From NCBI GenBank assembly GCA_963723515.1, contig CAVRQT010000003.1, positions 928,001 through 992,000 of the forward strand: a DNA stretch of 64,000 bases. Reading direction: 5' to 3'. Below, in pieces: positions 19,135 through 30,213 of this stretch (the stretch's first letter is position 1; every line of letters starts with the position of its first letter). The notes below the pieces were generated by a model. The model did no database searches, was not told the DNA's origin, and saw nothing but the letters and a program-made list of their open reading frames with translations. The stretch is from Vulcanimicrobiota bacterium. GTDB taxonomy: Bacteria; Vulcanimicrobiota; Vulcanimicrobiia; Vulcanimicrobiales; Vulcanimicrobiaceae. The translations under genes were made by a program, and so were the position numbers.

Positions 19135-19734
19135 TTAGTTGCGCGTTAGTTGTGACTCTGCGTTGGCCATGTTCAAGCTGATCGCCGGATTCAAACCAGG
19201 CCACATTGCGCGAACGCGGCTGCGCGGATCGACGACGACCATGGTTGGAAGTCCGATGACGCCGAACCACGCCGCCGCTAATTGATCGCGGTCGAGCGCC
19301 ACGCTTTGCAATCCAAGCTCTTGCGCAAAGCGTGACGCGGCTTGCGGCGTTTCGCCGACATCGACGGGAACCACGTCGACTTCCGGATGCCCCCGCGCAA
19401 AGCGCTCAACGATGGGCAATGAAAGCCGGCACGGCTGGCACCACGACGCATAAAAATCCAAGAAGACCACGCGCCCGTGATGGTCCGCGAGTGCAAAGGA
19501 CTTACCATCAAGCGTCTTCAGAACGACCTGCGGCGCCGGTCGTGCGGCAGCCATCGGCATGGCGCGCGGCGCAACAAGCAACTTCCACACAACGAAAACA
19601 ATGACGAGCGCCGCGAGCATATCCCAAATGCGCGCAGTCTGTCGCCACCACGACCGTTTAGTTGGCGGAGAAGATTGCTGCAATTCCTTGTCCGCCACCG
19701 ATGCAGGCGGAAGCGATGCCATAGCCGCCGCCAT
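19135..19734 (-). CDS. TlpA-family thiol:disulfide oxidoreductase
   Basis: TM anchor, FYASWCQPC and GLPT. Confidence 0.9.
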   Translation of the reverse strand: MAAAMASLPPASVADKELQQSSPPTKRSWWRQTARIWDMLAALVIVFVVWKLLVAPRAMPMAAARPAPQVVLKTLDGKSFALADHHGRVVFLDFYASWCQPCRLSLPIVERFARGHPEVDVVPVDVGETPQAASRFAQELGLQSVALDRDQLAAAWFGVIGLPTMVVVDPRSRVRAMWPGLNPAISLNMANAESQLTRN

Positions 19735-20890
19735 TCCGGCGCAGATCGTGCAACGTCGTTAACGCTAAGCGCGCTCCAGACGCCCCAAGAGGATGTCCAA
19801 GCGAAATTGCGCCGCCGTGCGGATTTAAACGCATGCCTAACTTTCCCGATTCTTTCGCACGCTTGAGGATCGATGGCGACATCTCTTCCAAACACGCGAG
19901 CACTTGCGGAGCGAAGGCTTCATTGATCTCTATAACGTTTAACTCGTTTTGCGCAAGCCCAGCGCGCTGAAGCGCACGAGGAATCGCATACGCCGGACCG
20001 ATGCCCATAATGTCGGGATCGACGCCCACGACGCTGCCTGTCACAAGCGTGCCGAGCCATTCAATTCCATCGGCTTCGGCCTGCTTGCGCGTCGTCAGAA
20101 CGACGGCGGCCGCGCCATCGGTAATTCCACTCGCGTTGCCGGGGGTCACGACCCCGCCTTTCTTAAAGCGCGCCGGCAAGTTCGCCAAGCGCTCCATCGT
20201 CAGACCGGATCGCGGCCCTTCATCACGGTCCACAACCGTCTGCTTTCCTTTCGGTCCTGGAATCGTTAGCGGCTCGATCTCCTCGGCAAAGAAGCCGTCT
20301 TGCTGCGCCGCAACCGCATTCTCTTGGCTGCGCAACGCGAACTCATCGGACTCTTCTCGGGAAATGTGATAGCGCTCGGCAAGGTTTTCAGCGGTGATCG
20401 CCATCGGCAAGTTGTTGTATGAATCGGTCAGCGCTTCCCACAGCGAGTCTTCGAGCTTGCCGTCGCCGAGTGCAAGTCCCTTACGTGCGCCCCGAATCAC
20501 ATGCGGCGCTTGACTCATCGACTCGGCGCCGCCCGCAAGTGCGTACGTCGATTGTCGCAGCAAGAGCGAATTCGCTGCGGTCAGAATCGCTTGCAACCCG
20601 CTTCCGCACAGCCGATTCAGGGTCAGCGCAGGCGTTTCGATCGGGATGCCGCATCGCAGTCCGACGTGGCGCGCAAGGTAGATAGCGTCGGCGCTCGTCT
20701 GCATGACGTTTCCGAAAACGATGTCGTCGATTCGGTCCGCCGGAATCCGACTGCGCTCGATCGCTGCTTGAGCAGCGTGTGCCGCGAGATCCGTCGCGGT
20801 TAACTCCGACAGGACGCCGTTGAAATTGCCGAACGGCGTGCGCGCTCCAGCGACGACGACAACTTGATCTTGGCTGTGATTGTCCCTCAA
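19658..20890 (-). CDS. acetyl-CoA C-acyltransferase (thiolase)
   Basis: RTPFG, NRLCGSG, NEAF, GHPLGASG, CIGGGQG; TTG start follows a GAAAGGA RBS. Confidence 0.95.
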   Translation of the reverse strand: MRDNHSQDQVVVVAGARTPFGNFNGVLSELTATDLAAHAAQAAIERSRIPADRIDDIVFGNVMQTSADAIYLARHVGLRCGIPIETPALTLNRLCGSGLQAILTAANSLLLRQSTYALAGGAESMSQAPHVIRGARKGLALGDGKLEDSLWEALTDSYNNLPMAITAENLAERYHISREESDEFALRSQENAVAAQQDGFFAEEIEPLTIPGPKGKQTVVDRDEGPRSGLTMERLANLPARFKKGGVVTPGNASGITDGAAAVVLTTRKQAEADGIEWLGTLVTGSVVGVDPDIMGIGPAYAIPRALQRAGLAQNELNVIEINEAFAPQVLACLEEMSPSILKRAKESGKLGMRLNPHGGAISLGHPLGASGARLALTTLHDLRRNGGGYGIASACIGGGQGIAAIFSAN

Positions 20891-20948
20891 TGTCTTCCTT
20901 TCAATCAGCGGGGAGGCAACGAGCGGCGGGTTTCCGTATGAGGACCGC

Positions 20949-21896
20949 ATGCGGCCCGCGCGTCCTGCAGCGATCACTCTTGACGCTCGATCGCTTTCGC
21001 CTGCCACGAAGACGGCTCAGATTCTGGAGGCGTTCGACCGTCTAGGCGTTGGAACGTTCCTAGAAATCAACGAAGAGAGCGACCCACGCGCGCTCCGTAA
21101 TGAGATGACCCAAGTTCGGCCCGGAAGGTTTTCGTGGGACGCGCGGAACCTCGGCGCCGGCCGCTGGAGCGTACGGCTGGAGCGCATTGACGAGGCGGCG
21201 CAAGGCGAGCGGTTCTTAGAACATGTCCCGCCATTCGCCTCAGCAAAGGCATCGACGTTGCGCGAGCTCTCCGCTCAACTCAGCGAACGATCGTACAAGA
21301 CCGGCGAGACGATCTTCGACGAAGGGGAGCTGTGGCCGTATCTCGGCATCGTCAAGAGCGGCAAGATCATCTACACCCTGCTCTCGCCCGACGGAAAGAC
21401 GCACACGCTCGGCGAGCGACTGACGCACGACACGTTAAACGAGAGCGGCACGTTCGATGGCGGCGGCGCAACGACGCGCGCTGAAGCCCTCACCGATACG
21501 ACGATCGTCACGTTGCCGAGCGAAGCGGTTTTGCACGCTGCTCGAAACGATAGCGAGCTCGCACTGGGCTTTCTACAGGCCGCGTCCCAAGCGCGCCGCC
21601 GCTCGGTCGACACGATCGCCGACCTTGCGTTTGCGCACGTCTTGCAACGCGTGGCAAAGTTCTTGCTTGGCTACGCCCCCGCATCCGTCGGCATGGCGAA
21701 AGGCTTGCCGGGCGTCGAGAATCTTTCGCAAGCGCAGATTGCTGCTGCAGCCGGGACCGTCCGCGACATGGCAGCGCGCGCGCTTTTGCGTTTAAAGAAT
21801 GCCGGGGCCGTTGAACTCGATCGCGGTCGGGTTCAGGCTATCGATCGTGCTCGGCTCGAAGCCTTTGCGCACAACGTGCAAGCGCCGCCCGTGTAG
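20949..21896 (+). CDS. DUF2249-like domain fused to a Crp/Fnr regulator
   Basis: LDARSL.P....QI..AFD.L..G...DP..L N-terminus; cNMP-binding fold; HTH LSQAQIAAAAGTVRDMAARAL. Confidence 0.8.
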   Translation: MRPARPAAITLDARSLSPATKTAQILEAFDRLGVGTFLEINEESDPRALRNEMTQVRPGRFSWDARNLGAGRWSVRLERIDEAAQGERFLEHVPPFASAKASTLRELSAQLSERSYKTGETIFDEGELWPYLGIVKSGKIIYTLLSPDGKTHTLGERLTHDTLNESGTFDGGGATTRAEALTDTTIVTLPSEAVLHAARNDSELALGFLQAASQARRRSVDTIADLAFAHVLQRVAKFLLGYAPASVGMAKGLPGVENLSQAQIAAAAGTVRDMAARALLRLKNAGAVELDRGRVQAIDRARLEAFAHNVQAPPV

Positions 21897-22224
21897 CACG
21901 AGAGCCGACGTAGAGCACCGGCTCGGCGTTGAGGGCGGGGTGCACGTCGACGAGGCGATCCGCCCCTGGATTTGGATCATCAGCGAAGACGTGCACGATT
22001 CCCGGAAAGCGTGAGATGAACGTAAAGAACCCCTGTTCATCCGTATACGTCGATTGCGTGACTTGATTGTTCGCTTCCGCCGTCACGCGAACGCCGCAAA
22101 CGGGCTGATGCGTATTGGCCGCATACACGTACCCGTGCACGACACCGGTATTTGAATCGCCGAACACCGGCGCCGCCGAGCACAGCGTTGCGAGTGCCGT
22201 CAGCATGAGCGCGCGAGCTACCAT
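21838..22224 (-). CDS. secreted carboxypeptidase-regulatory-like domain protein
   Basis: Signal peptide; G.V.GYV......PV.GV.V and TDEQG.F. Confidence 0.7.
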   Translation of the reverse strand: MVARALMLTALATLCSAAPVFGDSNTGVVHGYVYAANTHQPVCGVRVTAEANNQVTQSTYTDEQGFFTFISRFPGIVHVFADDPNPGADRLVDVHPALNAEPVLYVGSRATRAALARCAQRLRAEHDR

Positions 22225-22225
22225 C

Positions 22226-23260
22226 TCACTTTTCCTTTCCGACCATTGAAACGCTTCGGCCGCCTCTTTGGTGACGGGCGCTTGCCTCAACATTCAGCGC
22301 GCGCAATGCATCGTTAAATGTATGCACCGGGACGACTTTAATGCCGGCAACATGGGCAATTTCCGCGAAGTTCTCGCGCGGAACGAAGAACAGTTCGGCC
22401 TGCGCTCGCCGCGCCGCGATCAATTTCTGCGTTGCGCCTTCGATCGGTCCAACGGTTCCGTCGTAAGAAATCGTCCCCGTTCCCGCAATGCGATCGATCC
22501 CGAGCGGCGGTTGATCATGCAGCGTACGGTAGATCGCAAGCGCGAACATCAATCCGCCCGAGCTTCCGGAAACGTTGAAATGGCGGTACTGCACCGGAAT
22601 AGGCAGCTTCGGCGGATCGAATTCGGGCAGCAGCAAGATGCCGAGGCGCGTCTTGCCCTTCATCGCTATCGTGGCAAAGGCGCCGCCGTGAACGATTCGA
22701 TCCCGACGGTAGACGACGTGAACGACGGTTCCAGGTTTGCGTTTAAAGAGCAGGTTCATGATGTCGAATGTGCTGCGCACGAATTTTCCATCGATGGAAC
22801 GAATGACGTCGCCCGGCTCAAGAACACCGCGTGCGTGCGAGAGCGAGAGCACCTGGAAGACCACGACAAGCGATTTCGGCGTTGGAACGTGTAAATGGGC
22901 CGCGCGCTCCGCGACAAAGGCAGCAATCGCTTGACTTTCGTCCATCGCGCGCCGCATCCGCCCTTCGAATTGCGGTGCCGTTTCATCGCGCGAAATCACC
23001 TCATCACGGCGCAAGACGCGCGTTCCGGGCAGCAATCCCGCGAGCAGCATGACGGGCGTCGTTCTGGTTTGCAGCGTCACGTCGGTCAGATAAAAATGTT
23101 GCGGCGGCCAGGCGTGTCCCAGCACCGTCACGACCCCACGCAAATCGACGGCCGACCCAGGCATGATCAGCGCGTAGGGCGTCGGCACAAATGATAATGC
23201 GGCCGCCAAGAAGGCGGCCGCAGCATAAAACGCGACGCGACGGCGGGTCGGGAAGCGCAC
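22226..23260 (-). CDS. PDZ + Lon-like S16 protease (YlbL/SepM-like)
   Basis: PGSA.DL, PDZ GDVI.SIDG, SGSSGGLMFAL, IAGTGTI..DG.VGPI.G..QK. Confidence 0.88.
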   Translation of the reverse strand: MRFPTRRRVAFYAAAAFLAAALSFVPTPYALIMPGSAVDLRGVVTVLGHAWPPQHFYLTDVTLQTRTTPVMLLAGLLPGTRVLRRDEVISRDETAPQFEGRMRRAMDESQAIAAFVAERAAHLHVPTPKSLVVVFQVLSLSHARGVLEPGDVIRSIDGKFVRSTFDIMNLLFKRKPGTVVHVVYRRDRIVHGGAFATIAMKGKTRLGILLLPEFDPPKLPIPVQYRHFNVSGSSGGLMFALAIYRTLHDQPPLGIDRIAGTGTISYDGTVGPIEGATQKLIAARRAQAELFFVPRENFAEIAHVAGIKVVPVHTFNDALRALNVEASARHQRGGRSVSMVGKEK

Positions 23261-23261
23261 G

Positions 23262-23828
23262 CTATTTTTTGACGAGTTCGGCCGAATCCAACGTTGCAGT
23301 CTCTTCAGCCGCTTGCGAATCGAAAGCCGCACGCTTGCTCTTCGCCGCGGCTTCAGCAAGCGGTGAGGGTGCGGCTGCAGCAGGCCGCGAGGTGAGTGTT
23401 TCACGACCTTTACGCACGGAACCAAGTGCGTTTGCGAGGCGCGCTTCAAGTTCGGCTAACATGTGCCCGGCGTATTCGTCCGCGCCGGCACGAACCTTAT
23501 CCGCTCGCACTTCTGCTTCACGCAAAACCGTTTCGGCGGTGGCGCGCGCACGCTGCACGATCTCGTGTTGATCGAGAAGCTGCTCGTGCGTCGAACTTGC
23601 TTCGGTTACAATCGCTTGCGCCTTCTCATGCGCGGCGCGAATCATTCGGTCTTGCCCTTTGGCGATCGTCTTCGCCCGACCGACTTCCTCGGGCAGGCTC
23701 GAACGGATCTTCTCAACGAACTCGACGAGGCGTTCCTCGCTTAGAATGCGATAGCCGGCCGGCAGCCACGTACCTTCATGAACGTACGATTCGAGCTTAT
23801 CGAGAACGCGGTAGACGGACATGAGCAA
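23262..23828 (-). CDS. coiled-coil DivIVA/ATPase-b-like protein typically found downstream of coaD
   Basis: IR.SLPEE...A, A..KA..I...A, GADEYA pattern and synteny. Confidence 0.7.
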   Translation of the reverse strand: MLMSVYRVLDKLESYVHEGTWLPAGYRILSEERLVEFVEKIRSSLPEEVGRAKTIAKGQDRMIRAAHEKAQAIVTEASSTHEQLLDQHEIVQRARATAETVLREAEVRADKVRAGADEYAGHMLAELEARLANALGSVRKGRETLTSRPAAAAPSPLAEAAAKSKRAAFDSQAAEETATLDSAELVKK

Positions 23829-23835
23829 CCTCCTG

Positions 23836-24351
23836 TTACGTTGAGCCGCGCAGCAGTGCGCGCTTCTTGGACATAAAGCGCATCACCGGTTCGGGGACAA
23901 GCGCCGCGGCGTCGCCTCCCAAAAAGAATACTTCCTTTACGATGCTGGAGCTGACGAATGAGTACTTTTGATCGGACATGAGGAACATCGTATCCACATC
24001 CGAGAGAGCGCGGTTCATCAGCGCTGTGGACATTTCACTCTCGAAGTCGGAGACGACGCGCAACCCTTTGATGATCACATCGGCTTTCTTCGCCTTGACG
24101 TAGTCGGCGAGCAGACCGCTGAATTCTTCGACCGTGACATTGGGAATGTGGGCGACGGATTCGGCGATCATCGCCTTGCGCTCTTCCAGATCGAACATCG
24201 GCTCTCGTTTTTGCGGGTTGAGCACGACGGCGACGGTCAATTCTGAGAAGATTCTTGCAGCGCGCACGATGACATCAAGATGGCCGTTGGTGGGGGGATC
24301 GAACGAGCCCGGATAGACGGCTCTCGGCGAACGCACCACACCATTCTTCAA
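23836..24351 (-). CDS. coaD: phosphopantetheine adenylyltransferase
   Basis: YPGSFDPPTNGHLD, KGLR..SDFE.E and SSS.VKE. Confidence 0.96.
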   Translation of the reverse strand: MKNGVVRSPRAVYPGSFDPPTNGHLDVIVRAARIFSELTVAVVLNPQKREPMFDLEERKAMIAESVAHIPNVTVEEFSGLLADYVKAKKADVIIKGLRVVSDFESEMSTALMNRALSDVDTMFLMSDQKYSFVSSSIVKEVFFLGGDAAALVPEPVMRFMSKKRALLRGST

Positions 24352-24357
24352 CGCGCG

Positions 24358-24920
24358 CTACCCTGGCACAACTTCGAAGAACGCGAGCGCCACATCGCCA
24401 TAGACTTCTTCGCGCGTGCAGCGGTACCCCGGTATTTCCGGCAGGATCATGCGCGCGCTGTGCTCGAGAATAATCAGCGCATTATTTGCGGGGATCTTGC
24501 GCTCGCGCAGCAGTTCAAACATCCGCAGCGGAACCTCGTTGGCGTATGGTGGATCGGCAAAGACGAGATCGAACGGTCCCTCTAAGCGATACAGCGCGCG
24601 ATCGACGGGTGCTGCAACAACGGTCACTTTGCGCGCGATGCCGAGCGTTTGAGCGCTTTCTTCGATCGCTTGCGCAGTTTCGCGATGTCCTTCAACGATC
24701 GTGACGGATTTTGCGCCGCGCGAAGCTGCCTCGAACCCGATTGCCCCCGTGCCGGCGTAGAGGTCGAGAAATCGCGAGCCTTCAAGTCGCGGCGCGAGAA
24801 TCGAAAAGAGCGCCTCTTTGACGCGTCCCGGCGTCGGGCGGATGTTCGGACCTTTCGGAGACGAAACTTTTCGGCTGCGCAACTCTCCCCCGGTAATTTT
24901 TATTTTGAACGGCGCTCCAC
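24358..24920 (-). CDS. rsmD: 16S rRNA m2G966 methyltransferase (start probably lost to a 1-nt indel)
   Basis: KITGGE, RPT..RVKEALF, LDLYAGTG.IG.EA.SRGA and DPPY. Confidence 0.92.
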
Positions 24921-24932
24921 TTGGCGCCCCGA

Positions 24933-25022
24933 AGTAGTCCCAGTGTCACATTGAGCTTGTCGAAGTATGACAATGGCACTTACGTCACATTTCGACGAGC
25001 TCAATGTGACACTGGGACTACT
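24933..25022. repeat. REP-like inverted pair forming a long hairpin
   Basis: AGTAGTCCCAGTGTCACATTGAGCTTGTCGAA ... TTCGACGAGCTCAATGTGACACTGGGACTACT. Confidence 0.9.
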
Positions 25023-25042
25023 CGTGTAAAGCGAGCATGCTG

Positions 25043-26777
25043 CTAAAAACTCACCGGTTCCATTGGTTCGCGCACCCGATCGACCCACGATGCATCGCCC
25101 AACCATTCGTAGCGGATTGTCGAGTAGGGAACCGTTCCATAAGAAAGCAGCTTGTTGTGAAAGGCACGCAGCGAAAAGTTCTTTCCTTCCCGATCCTTGA
25201 CGAGTCCCAGCAGCGTCTCAATCTCTGTCTTGCCGACGAGATAGTCGATCGCTTGTCCCGGGCCCATCGCAAAACGCGTGCCTTCACCGTATGCGGTGTC
25301 ATGGTCGATGCCGGCGTTGTGGCTGAAGTATTCGATTGCTTGCGGCAGTGACATCTCGCCCGTCGCGAGGCCCACATCAACACCGATGCGCGTTGCGCGA
25401 TGACGCATCAAGTGAATGACCGCGGCCCGGCCTGCGGGGTCGTGCTCGTAAAGACCAGCGCGCATCAGCATCTCTTCACCGTAAAACGCCCAGCCCTCCG
25501 CGAAGACGCCGTCGCCTTGTACATGCCGGATGTAGTCGGGATTGTGGTACGCAATCGAAAACTGCATGAAGTGCCCTGGGATGCCCTCGTGAGCGAGCAC
25601 CGGCAACACCGCCTCGCGCGCCTGCGTGGCGAAGAAGCTCGTATTCTTTGGGTCGTAATCCGGCACGAAATAGAAACCGGTCGGATCTTTATCGAAGACG
25701 CCCGGCGGATTCATGAAGCCGCCTGGGTTTGTCGCCGCCAACGCCTTGGGCAGTTCAACGATCCGAAACGTGCCAAGATAACGGGGGACGTCAACGAGCT
25801 GATGCGCAGTAATGAAGGCGCGCACTCGCGCCGTCTGATTCTCGTAATATCTCAGAAATGCGGCCTTATTGCGAAACGTCGGCTGATGAATGGCGCCCTT
25901 TTCATGACCGGCACGATTGACTTCCCACTGCTCGAGGGCGCGATCGCGGGTCAGTTCCAGCTCGCCGATGTTGCGTACTTGGTCGCTGGTATAAGGCAAG
26001 AGCAGTACGCGTCGCAGATACCAATCGTACTGATCTTTGCCGACCGCAAAACCGCCCTCGTGCCATTGCGCTAAATGCCCGTCAACCCACCGCTTGTAAT
26101 CGTGCAAGGCAGTAAGGGCGTCTGTTTGGGCGTTTTTCAGTTGCGGTCTTGAGGTTTGGTGAAGCGTTTTGCGCCATTGCATCCAGACTCGTCGTAAACA
26201 GCGCATCGCCCGAGGCGATATCTTCTGAAGCCACCTTACCAAATTCGCGTACGGCGTCGGTGAGATTGGCTTTGCCCTCGTCGAGAACGCGGCGGCAGTC
26301 GTGTAGACGCCCGATCGCATCGCGGACGCGCACATTGACGGGTGCAAACGGTTTCTTTATTAAGCTGAAGATGCCGTTGCTGCACTCACCTTCGTAGACG
26401 CTCGGATTGCGTTCGTTGGGTTTGAGAACCGTTTCCGTCCACCACGCACCTTCGATATTGGCACGCAACAGCAGATAGTTCACCTGATCGTGCGCACTCG
26501 CGCCGGCCGGTGGCACGAGACGCGCAAGCTCATCGCGGAAGTCATGCAAGCGCTGGAGGTAATTGAGACGAGCAGCAGGTGAGAAGTCTGCGAGCCTACT
26601 GTCGGCGGTGTGCAATCCGGCATCGGTTGAACCGGCCGGATCGACGCTGTATTCGTAGGTGACGAGGCGGTGCGCCAGGTTCTCTAAGACACTGCCGTAG
26701 TACGGTTGCGACTGCGCGCCGGCCGGCGATGCAAGCATGCCAATGAAAAGCAGGCTGAAAAGCAGTCGCTTGACCAT
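25043..26777 (-). CDS. DUF885 family secreted putative metallopeptidase (frameshift near 26130)
   Basis: HEGIPGHFMQ, EGWAFY.E, R..R..VD.GL and PGQA..Y..G. Confidence 0.88.
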
Positions 26778-26819
26778 CCGCGCGGCTTCTACGTGAGAGG
26801 TTTGAGCCCTGGAGAGACT

Positions 26820-27488
26820 TTACTGCGCGGGCGCGACTATTGGGGGAAGCTGACGCAAATCGGTGATCGCGGCCGTCGGCACCGGCAACTCTTGTGGATA
26901 ACTGCCGCCTTCGTCAACCCAAACAGCACGCAGTCCCGCCTTGATGCTGCCGGCAACGTCGGCGCTCGGATTATCGCCGACGTACCAGGTCGCATCGCGA
27001 GGCGTGCCGAGACGCTCCACGAGCGCTTGAAAGGCGCGAGCATCCGGCTTTTGCGCGCCGATGCGATCGCTGACCAGAACCGGACCCTCAAATCCCACGC
27101 ATTGCGCTTTGCGATCTTGCAGCGGACTCCAGCCATTGCTCAAGATCGCCACCGCAATTTCGGCCGCGCGCAGATCGTGCAACATGTCGCTGAGGCCTGG
27201 CAACGCGACGACGAAATCATCCACGCCTTCGAGCGCAAACTTCTTGAACCGGTCAACATAACGGTCGAAGTGGTCCTGGGCCCCGTGCGCGCGCGCGTAG
27301 CGTTCGATCGCCTCATCGATCGTGAACGCCCCGGAGCGTTGCTTCGCCAGAAGATTGTCGATGTGTTCGGTCTCTTGTGCCAGCGTCAATTCTTGTCGCG
27401 GAAAGACTTCCAGCAGATGCAAGAAGGCGACGCGTTCCAATTTGTTGTCGATCCCAAGCGTGTGGTCAAAATCAAACCCCACGCGCAA
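26820..27488 (-). CDS. HAD-IA hydrolase
   Basis: FDFDHTL, LSNG, KPD and VGDN..AD. Confidence 0.88.
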   Translation of the reverse strand: MRVGFDFDHTLGIDNKLERVAFLHLLEVFPRQELTLAQETEHIDNLLAKQRSGAFTIDEAIERYARAHGAQDHFDRYVDRFKKFALEGVDDFVVALPGLSDMLHDLRAAEIAVAILSNGWSPLQDRKAQCVGFEGPVLVSDRIGAQKPDARAFQALVERLGTPRDATWYVGDNPSADVAGSIKAGLRAVWVDEGGSYPQELPVPTAAITDLRQLPPIVAPAQ

Positions 27489-27506
27489 CGCGCTGCGGGC
27501 CGTTTT

Positions 27507-30168
27507 TCATTTTGCCGCCGGTCCTTGGATCACGCGCACGAAATCGTTCGGCCGAACCCACTTTGCCAGCGCGTCCCGCAACATCTGAGGCGTCATCTCG
27601 AGTTGACGCTGCGCATCGATGAGGTTCTGATCGAGCGGCAGACCAAGCCCAGCATAAGCGAGCATCAGGTCGGCCACGCCGTCATAACTTTCGGCGCGCA
27701 ACGGTTGCTGCGAGACCAGCATCGCCTTGCCGAAGAGGATGTCGTTTGGCGGCATCGGCGAGCGCTGCGCGGCCACGATATCCGCCATCGCCAGGCCTTG
27801 GGCCGCATTTACTTTGTTCGGATCCGATGCAAAGTTCAGATCGAAGGTGGAGCGCGTCTTATCTGCAGCAAGCGCTGCGCCGACGCCGTACACGTAGCCA
27901 TGGCGATCGCGCAGATCGTGAAAGAGAATCGAATTACCGCCCGGATCCGAGGACCGCCGTCGCCAGCCGCAACGGTGCCCAATCCGGATCGAGCCGCGTT
28001 AATCGCAATGTTTCCGACAGTTTGACCGAAGACTGCACGCGCCCGGTTGCGGGAACGGTAACGTCCGCCGGCTTGTTGTCCGGCACGGGTGGCGGCTCGA
28101 TGTTCGGCTTGGCTCCGCTCGCGTGCCATCCGCCGAAATATTTCTGCACTAAGGCCTGCGCTTGCATCGGCGTCGTATCGCCGATAACGACGATCGTCGT
28201 TAGATCCGGGCGATAGACCGTGGCGTAATATTGCTGCACATCGGCGAGCGTGACGGACTGTGCGCGTCTGCAGCCGTTGCAAACCGTCGTGCCGGATCGC
28301 CGACAGGATACAGCGCATTTGCCATTGCTACCTCGGCAAGATGCGCGGGAGAGTTTTCTTCGCCGCGTAGCGCATCGACGGTTTGCGTTTTCACCGTCGC
28401 GAAATCGCCTTGGGGGAAAGCCGGATGCAGCTCTTCATCTGCCAGCAGTTGCAGCCCACGATCGAAGCGATCGCTCAAGACCCGTAGCGAAAAACTCGTG
28501 CCCGCGTCCGCATCAGCGGCGATGTTATCGAGTTCCCTGCGGAACGCAAGCCGGCTATACGTCGTCGTACCGTAGGACAAGAGCGGATCGGTGATGTCGG
28601 CCAGCCCGTCCTTACCAGCGGGCGTTTGTATGCCGGGGTTGTTCTGGATTTCGCCGCGCACGACGACCGTCGGTGTGATGCGTTCCGGAATGACGATCAA
28701 ACGCAAGCCGTTCGCCAGCGTCGTGTCCGTCGGGTGGATCGTTTCCGCCGGTACGCGCAATTGCTTGAGCAACGAAAGCGCCCACGACGGCAGCGGATCG
28801 TGGTGCGTCACGGTGATTTTGTTGCTCTCCGGCGCTTCACGTGTCGCGGCGTTCGGGTTGATCTTGCCGAGGTTCTTCGGGACGGCATATACCGCGACGG
28901 AATGCGCGTCATCCACATACTTGCGTAACACGCGATTGACATCAGCGACCGTAACGCGCTTGAGAGCGCCGAGGAACTGATCGGGATCGGTGCGACCCTC
29001 AACGGCGACGGCCTGACTCCACTCAAAGGCAAGGCCCTCAATCGAGTTGCCTTTGAACTCGGCATCGGCTATGGCTCGCGTCTTAACGGCCTCAACTAAA
29101 TTTGCCGGCACACCATCGCTCTTATATTTTGCAAGCACCGCGCGCAGGTCAGCATCGGCTTGCGCGGCCGGTTTACTCACGGGCACAGCGCTGATCACAA
29201 ATGCTGTTGAAGCATGCGGAAAATCGCGAGAGTCTATTCCCGTATAGAGCGCTTTGCCGCTAATCACGAGACCATAGAGCTCGCTGCGCTGGTTGTTAAG
29301 AACCGATTGCAAGATCTGCGATGCTGCATAGTCCGGATCGCGAAAGCCAGGGAAGCGATATCCGATCAAGACAACTGACACCGGCTGATCGCTGTCCTCG
29401 TGGTAAACGGCGCGCTTCATGGGACGCAGCACGACGGGCTTCCGCGCCGGCAGCTGGCGCCGCTGGAATTGCGCCAAAGTATTTCTTCACTTCCGCAATC
29501 GCGGTGCTGCCGTCAATATCACCGGTAATGACCAAGACCGCATTGTTCGGGTGGTACCAGGCATCATAGAACGCGCGCAGCTGCGGTGCATTGATCTTCC
29601 GCGTGAACCCCGCAACCGATCCAAGAACGTCATTTGCGTACGGCGTGCCGGCAAGCAACGCCACTGTGGCCCTGCGAAACGCACGATAAACCGCGATGCT
29701 GTTGTCCTGTGTCACTTCATTGAGGATGGCGCCGCGTTCGATATTCCACGACCTTTGGCTCAATGTGAGAGCCCGAGCGCGTGATGCCTCGAGGCGCAAT
29801 GCGATGTCAAGATATTGCGACGGCATAGAAAAGAAGAATTGCGTAACTTCATTTTGCGTATCGGCATCGTTGTTGCCGCCGGTGATCGCGGAGATGTCTG
29901 AGAGCTGCGATTCGCTGATCGTCTTGCTGCCGCGGAACATCATGTGCTCGGTCGCATGCGCCAAGCCGTCGATCGGCTGATCGTCGCCGCCGGCTTTGTA
30001 GTTCATGATCGTCGTGACGACCGGCGCCAGTGCGTCGCGAACGACGATCACTCTAAGCCCGTTCGGCAGGGTTGCTCGCGTGACGGGTAACGAATCCGCC
30101 CTCGCAACACTCGCTCCGAGCGCGAGGATTGCGATAAATGCAATCGTCATTACTCTTATGGTGCTCAT
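27507..30168 (-). CDS. M16 (pitrilysin/PqqL-like) zinc protease, split into four ORFs by indels
   Basis: LPNGL.V, GLAHATEHMMFRG (HxxEH), Y.PNNA.L, second half LANGL and YRPDLTT. Confidence 0.9.
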
Positions 30169-30213
30169 TGGTTGCGGCGATTTCTCATCATCGTGACGCG
30201 GCGCCTTTTCTTC

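Noticed and set aside
26706..28025. 439-aa plus-strand ORF and similar long antisense ORFs (e.g. 16982-17737, 58216-59010)
   Set aside because: Shadow frames of well-supported genes in GC-rich DNA, with no motifs
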